Origin: Podarcis muralis
Taxonomy: Eukaryota
NCBI RefSeq assembly: GCF_964188315.1
Contig: NC_135656.1
Location: 1,116,001 to 1,180,000, forward strand
Length of the DNA: 64,000 bases
Direction: 5' to 3'
In this document: piece after piece, positions 59,396 through 64,000 of the stretch
Layout: every line of letters begins with the position of its first letter
Numbering within the stretch: the first letter of the stretch is position 1
Notes under the pieces: generated by a model
Seen by the model: only the letters and a program-made list of their open reading frames with translations
What the model was told of the DNA's origin: nothing
Databases searched by the model: none
Position numbers and translations under genes: made by a program

Positions 59396-60169
59396 TTTCG
59401 TTGTGGCAAGTGCTGCCTTTTCTCTGTCTGTTTTTTTTCATTCTTCGTTTCTCATTTGACAAACTCTTGAGTATTTGGTTGCATGAGGTTTAGTTAAGAG
59501 TATTTTATCCCTGAGCGCAATATACCACGAATGAATACCAGGAAACTTGTATTCAGACTGTCTTTTATTGTTTTGGTTTTTAAAAAATCTTTATAATAAA
59601 CGTGACCCGATATGTGTGACCTGACTCTGTGTGCAGTGTATCTTTAAAACACAGAAACCTTAAGTGAAAACGATATCTATAATACGTGGTGCATGGGTGG
59701 GCAGGCCTGAGTGGAGAGAGAGTTGGAAGGGGCCCATAGGGCCATCTAGTCCACCCCTGCAATGCAGGAATCTTTTTGTCCAATGTGGGGCTCGAACCTG
59801 CGACCCTGAGATGAAGAGTCTGGACTATCCAGACTCTCATGAGTTATTTAGAAATTAACCCGGGATAGTGGAAGATGGGGGAATCGAGAGTGGGTGTGCA
59901 GGCAGCGGGCGCCTGGCAAAAGGAACCAAATATTCTCCACCTTTTTGGTCTCTAGGTATAGCTGCCAACGTTTTCCTTTTTTTAAGGGAAATTCCCTTAT
60001 TCCTAATAGGATTCCTCGCAAGAAAAGGGAAAAGTTGACAGCTATGTCTCTAGGCCTCAACCTTCTCAACCTCCGCCCTCCAGATGCTTTTGGCCTACAA
60101 CTCCCATGATCCCTAGCTAGCAGACCCAGTGGTCAGGGATGCTGGGCATTGTAGTCTCAAACCATGTGG

Positions 60170-60700
60170 CGGGCCGAGGTTGAGGAAGCGTCTAGGCCAC
60201 CATCCCGACGGGCCGCGGGCGGATTGGGCGCCTCTTTCTCTGGTAGGCGGGGCTTTCTCTCCTCCCTCCCAACTCACTGCGACCAATAGCGGGCGCGGAG
60301 CTCTGTGGCCTAGAGGGCGAGCGCGCGTGCGCCGCCGCCGTTGCTAGGCGAAGGTGGGCGTGGCCGGCTCTGCGCTTGTGCTCTGTGAGGCGAGGCAAGA
60401 TGGCGGAGGAGGAGAAGCTCCCCGCGGGCTGGGAGAAGCGCATGAGCCGCAGCTCCGGTACCGCCGCGGAAGAGGGAAAGGGGCGGCGGGCGGGCGGAGG
60501 GCGAGGGCCCGGCAGGAGGGTGGATGGGCCTCGGGGGAGAAGGAGGGCGGAGAGGCGCCCTTCGCGGTCGGGGCCGGTCGCCTCGGAGGCCCTTTCGCGC
60601 CCCGGAGGGGAGGCGGGAGAGGGGCTGCGGGGAGGTGTCTCTTTCAGGGGGCGGTGGCGGGGATAACGGGGCCGATGGGGATTGCGGGGGGGGGAGGAGC
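60170..60700 (+). promoter_or_regulatory. PIN1 CpG island promoter
   Basis: CpG-dense, with an inverted CCAAT (ATTGG ~60223), CCAAT (~60283), GC boxes and a YY1-type CAAGATGGCGG over the start codon. Confidence 0.8.
60400..60457 (+). CDS. PIN1: Peptidyl-prolyl isomerase Pin1, coding exon 1 only (start of the WW domain)
   Basis: MAEEEKLPAGWEKRMSRSS+G, then a GT donor at 60458 (phase 1). It lies downstream of UBL5 as in human. Later exons are not in the window. Confidence 0.96.
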
Positions 60701-60919
60701 TTGTGGGACACAAGAATAAGAATAGCAACAGCGACGCAGTCGTAGAACCATAGAAGTATAGCGGTGGAAGTGACCCCCAGGGTCATCTAGTCCAGCCCCC
60801 TACAATGCAAGAATCTTCCCCAACGTGGGGCTTGAACCCATGACCCCGGCATTAAAGGTCTCGTGCTCTGCTGACTGAGCTGGCTCAGAGAGAACAATCG
60901 TGGTTTCTCACTGCTTTTC

Positions 60920-61225
60920 ATAGAATCGTAGAGTTGGAAGGGATCCCAGGATCATCTAGTCCACCCCCCCCCCCCCCCCGCAATGCAGGAATCTCATCCG
61001 AAGCATCCATGACAGATGGCCAGCCAACCTCTGATTAAAAACCTCTAAGGAAGGAGAGTCCACCACCCTCCATCCTGAAGTAAAACAGCTCTTGTCTTCA
61101 GAAACTTTTTTCTGATGTTTTGTTGGAATCTCCTTTCTTATAACTTGAAGCCATGGGTTCAAGTCTTACCCTCCAGAGCCGGAGAAAACAAGCTTGCTCC
61201 ATGTTCCACATGGTAGCCCTTCAGA
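60920..61225 (-). mobile_element. CR1 3' fragment in PIN1 intron 1
   Basis: CATAGAATCGTAGAGTTGGAAGGG tail and the translation VVDSPSLEVFNQRLAGHLS. Confidence 0.8.
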
Positions 61226-61383
61226 TATTGGAACATGGCTTCTTCCTTCCTACTCCTATTCCCTCCCCCCATTTATTTCTCCCCCTGCCCCTTTTTCATC
61301 CACCAAAAAAATATCCTGAGGGCTCAGGACCACTTACACTGTTCTGATAATAATAATAAATAACACAGCCCCATGGAAAAATA

Positions 61384-62050
61384 CAGTGGTGCCCTGCAAG
61401 ACGAACGCCTCGCAAGACGGAAAACCCGCTAGACGAAAGGGTTTTCCGTTTTGGAGGCGCTTCGCAAAACGAATTTCCCTATGGGCTTCCTTCGCAAGAC
61501 GAAAGCCCATAGGGAAATCTCCGGGACAGCGGGGAAGCACAGCGCGTCTTCCCCACTGTCCTCGGACCTCCTCCGAAGGCTGGCGGCGGGGCGGAGAGAC
61601 CTCCTCCCGCCGCCAGCCTTCGTTTCTCCGCTATCCCGGACGGCTTTTGAAGGCAGGCGGGGGGGAGCAAAGACTTTCGCCCCCCGCCGACCTTCAGAAG
61701 AGGTCCAGGACCTCTTCTGAAGGCCGGCGGGGGGGGGGGCGAAAGTCTTTGCTCCCCCCTGCCTGCCTTCCCGGGGGCTTTTAAATCGCCCCGGACAGCG
61801 GAGAAGTCTCCGCTGTCCCGGGGTTTTTTAAAATGCTGGGGGTGGGAAGAAAACCCCTTGTCCCCCCCCAGCCTTCAGAAGAGGTCGGGGGACAGACTGT
61901 CCCCGGACCTGGTCTGAAGTCGGTTTCCATAGGAACACATTGATTGATTTTCAATGCATTCCTATGGGAAACCGTGCTTCGCAAGACGAAAAACTCGCAA
62001 GAAGAAAAAACTTGCGGAACGAATTAATTTCGTCTTGCAACGCACCACTG
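61384..62050. mobile_element. Tigger/pogo-like MITE, 667 bp, GC-rich core
   Basis: TIRs CAGTGGTG.....GCAAGACGAA / TTCGTCTTGC..CGCACCACTG with TA duplicated on both sides. Confidence 0.85.
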
Positions 62051-62139
62051 TATGGTGGTTTCTTCCTCCCTACTCCCACATCCCCCCCAATTATTTTTCT
62101 TCTCTTTCCCCACCCCACAAAAAAACCATACCCTGAAGG

Positions 62140-62300
62140 CCAAGGACTGTAATACAGTGCCCCCAGTTCCTGTTCCCTGGAGCCAGTCCAGGAGAGTACC
62201 ATGGTCAATGGTATCAAATGCCAGTGAGAGATCAAGAATCAGGAGCAAGATCACACTCCCCCTGTACCGCTCTCTGCAAAGGTGACCATCAGGGGGACCA
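62140..62300 (-). mobile_element. Old L2 RT fragment (another at ~14075-14160, plus)
   Basis: LDLSLAFDTIDHGTLLDWLQGTGTGGTVLQ matches the L2 RT motif. The other copy reads WVPQGSVLP. Confidence 0.7.
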
Positions 62301-62799
62301 AGGCTGACTCAGTTCTATAGCCAGGCCTGAACCCATATTGGAATGGATCTGAATAATTATGTCATCCAAGAATGCTGCCTCACTACCACCTCTCTCTCCC
62401 CCCGCCCCCGTGGGTATGGGCATCTGGGTTGTATTTAAGCATTGGTTTTATCAGCAGCTATCTTTCATGAGTTTATCCAATGCCTTTGGAAAGCCATTCT
62501 GAGTCAGTGACCATCAACATCCCATAAGTGAAGCATTGTGCAAAATACTTGCTTCTGTGGTCTTGAATTTCCAGCTAGTCAGTATAACTGGGTCACTGTA
62601 CATTCTATTCTTATGAGAAACACAATATCTTTTTAAGTTTTCTTAATATTAGCCCTGTTATCACTCCAGTAATTTGTTTTTAAAAGTAAAATAATAATAA
62701 TACTGTAATAATAATTTTTATTTATACCCCACCCTCTCCAACCGAGACCGGGCTCAGGGTGGCTAACACCAAATAAATAAAGTACATTAAAAACAAAAT

Positions 62800-63900
62800 T
62801 AAACACTCAGGTGTAGCCTTTACATATAGAGAAAGTAGTCCAATCACTTCAATGTCTTTCCTACACCTTTTCCAACTACAATATATTTTTTGAGATGTGG
62901 GGGATTAGAACTTCATTAGGTGAATATATAGCAGCATTCTCCCAATCTGATGCCCTACAGATGTGCAGAGCGACGAATTTTATAAGCTCCAGCCAATAGT
63001 GAGGACATGTGCTGGCTGGGGCTGATTTGAGTTGAAGTCCAAAGTATTTGGAGGGCACCAGGTTTGTGGAAATGTGTACCAAATTGCACATGTCCTCAGT
63101 ATTGGGGTATATGAAGGGACATAAGAAGAGCCCCCGTTAGACAAGTCCAAAGGCCCACCTAGTCCAACATCTTACTCGTTCAGTGGCCAACTAGATGCAT
63201 ATGAGAAGCCTGCAAGTTTGATGCCAGCTTTCTATGTTCACTTCCTTTCCTAATCCCAACATGAAAGCCACCCTTTTCCCACTGCTGCTGCACATAGAGT
63301 TCATTATTTTTTAACCATGTACCATGATGCAACGACATCTTTCCTGGATAGTCACATTGCTGTATGTATGAAAATGGCTTTGTTGTTACTATTGCTCCAG
63401 TTTGTTTCATTTTAAAATGACATTAAACCTCATTTGCCGTTTTCTTGCCATTCACCCATTTGTAAAGACTTCCAAAAGGATTGCTCCATTTCGCTCAAGC
63501 CTTTGCCATCCTAAATAGTCTGTCTGCAAACTTGGCAAAGTTTGCTCACCTCTGTTTCTGTGTCATGCAGATCCTCCAAGAAGCATCTGTTCCAATACAG
63601 ATCCTCACTGCTTATTTCCTTCCATTGTGAATATTGGCGTGTTCCTGTCCTCTGTTTCCCATTGTTTTACCAGTTTTTGTTCTGTAAGGGCATTTGCCCT
63701 TTCACTCAGTGACTACTAAGGGTTTCTTCACTGGTGTTTTTGTTAAGAGACTTTTTGAAAAGCATTTTGGAACTCTAGGTATGATTATCCCTGGCTGCAC
63801 ATGATTACCAACACTCAGAGAATTCTAAAAGGTTGTTGAGGCAGGACTGCACTGCAGAAGCCATGCTGATTCTTCTTAGTGATGCTTGTTCTATGTTAAA
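62800..63900 (-). mobile_element. Ancient degraded CR1 fragments
   Basis: Patches resemble reverse-strand CR1 RT (ATCTGCAAACTTGG, AAAGCATTTTGG, CCTTTTCCAACT). There is no open frame and the boundaries are uncertain. Confidence 0.45.
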
Positions 63901-64000
63901 TTGTACTTTGAATTGTGTTTTCTACCAGTTTATATAGGACAGAAGCTAGGCCAATAGGGTTGTTAGTTATGGACTCCCCTCTGCTTCTCCTTTCTTCCTT

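Noticed and set aside
60192-60786. Several 90-180 aa ORFs on both strands at the PIN1 5' end
   Set aside because: CpG-island artefacts. Only 60400-60457 matches PIN1, and I did not find exon 2 (GRVYYFNHIT...) in the window.
61386-61984. ORFs within the GC-rich MITE
   Set aside because: They derive from internal repeats of a non-autonomous DNA transposon and have no transposase motifs.
1-64000. Prokaryotic systems (operons, CRISPR arrays, defence islands)
   Set aside because: The sequence is vertebrate, with spliced genes, SINEs/LINEs and CpG islands. There is no regularly spaced repeat-spacer array.

Overview
This is eukaryotic DNA from a squamate reptile, probably a lacertid-type lizard (inferred from the Sauria SINE, BovB and lizard-type L1/CR1 repeats). 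It is not prokaryotic, so most of the ORF track is noise or antisense shadow, and many 'M' starts are TTG/GTG. I reconstructed the host genes exon by exon from splice sites and phases. There are two tandem type II C-type lectin genes of the CLEC4G/CD209 group (minus strand, 6 coding exons each, EPN+WND motifs), FBXL12 (minus), UBL5 (plus, head-to-head with FBXL12, with two U12-type introns) and coding exon 1 of PIN1. The left 45 kb is a nest of retroelements with resolvable target-site duplications (TSDs). (1) An RTE-X-like LINE whose ORF1 and ORF2 are in one frame separated by a single TGA. (2) Inside it, a very young Ty1/copia element with identical 391-bp LTRs, a non-canonical TG...GA terminus and one open gag-PR-IN frame with no RT/RNaseH. 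(3) A near full-length CR1 interrupted by a 3'-truncated Gypsy flanked by a 109-bp duplication, and by a solo LTR next to the RT catalytic motif. (4) A full-length BovB interrupted by an L1 3' fragment. SINEs and MITEs are scattered throughout. The best candidates for something undescribed are the RT-less copia family, the single-frame RTE-X element and the short-neck lectin pair. Family names, identities and motif matches were assigned by eye, without database searches.
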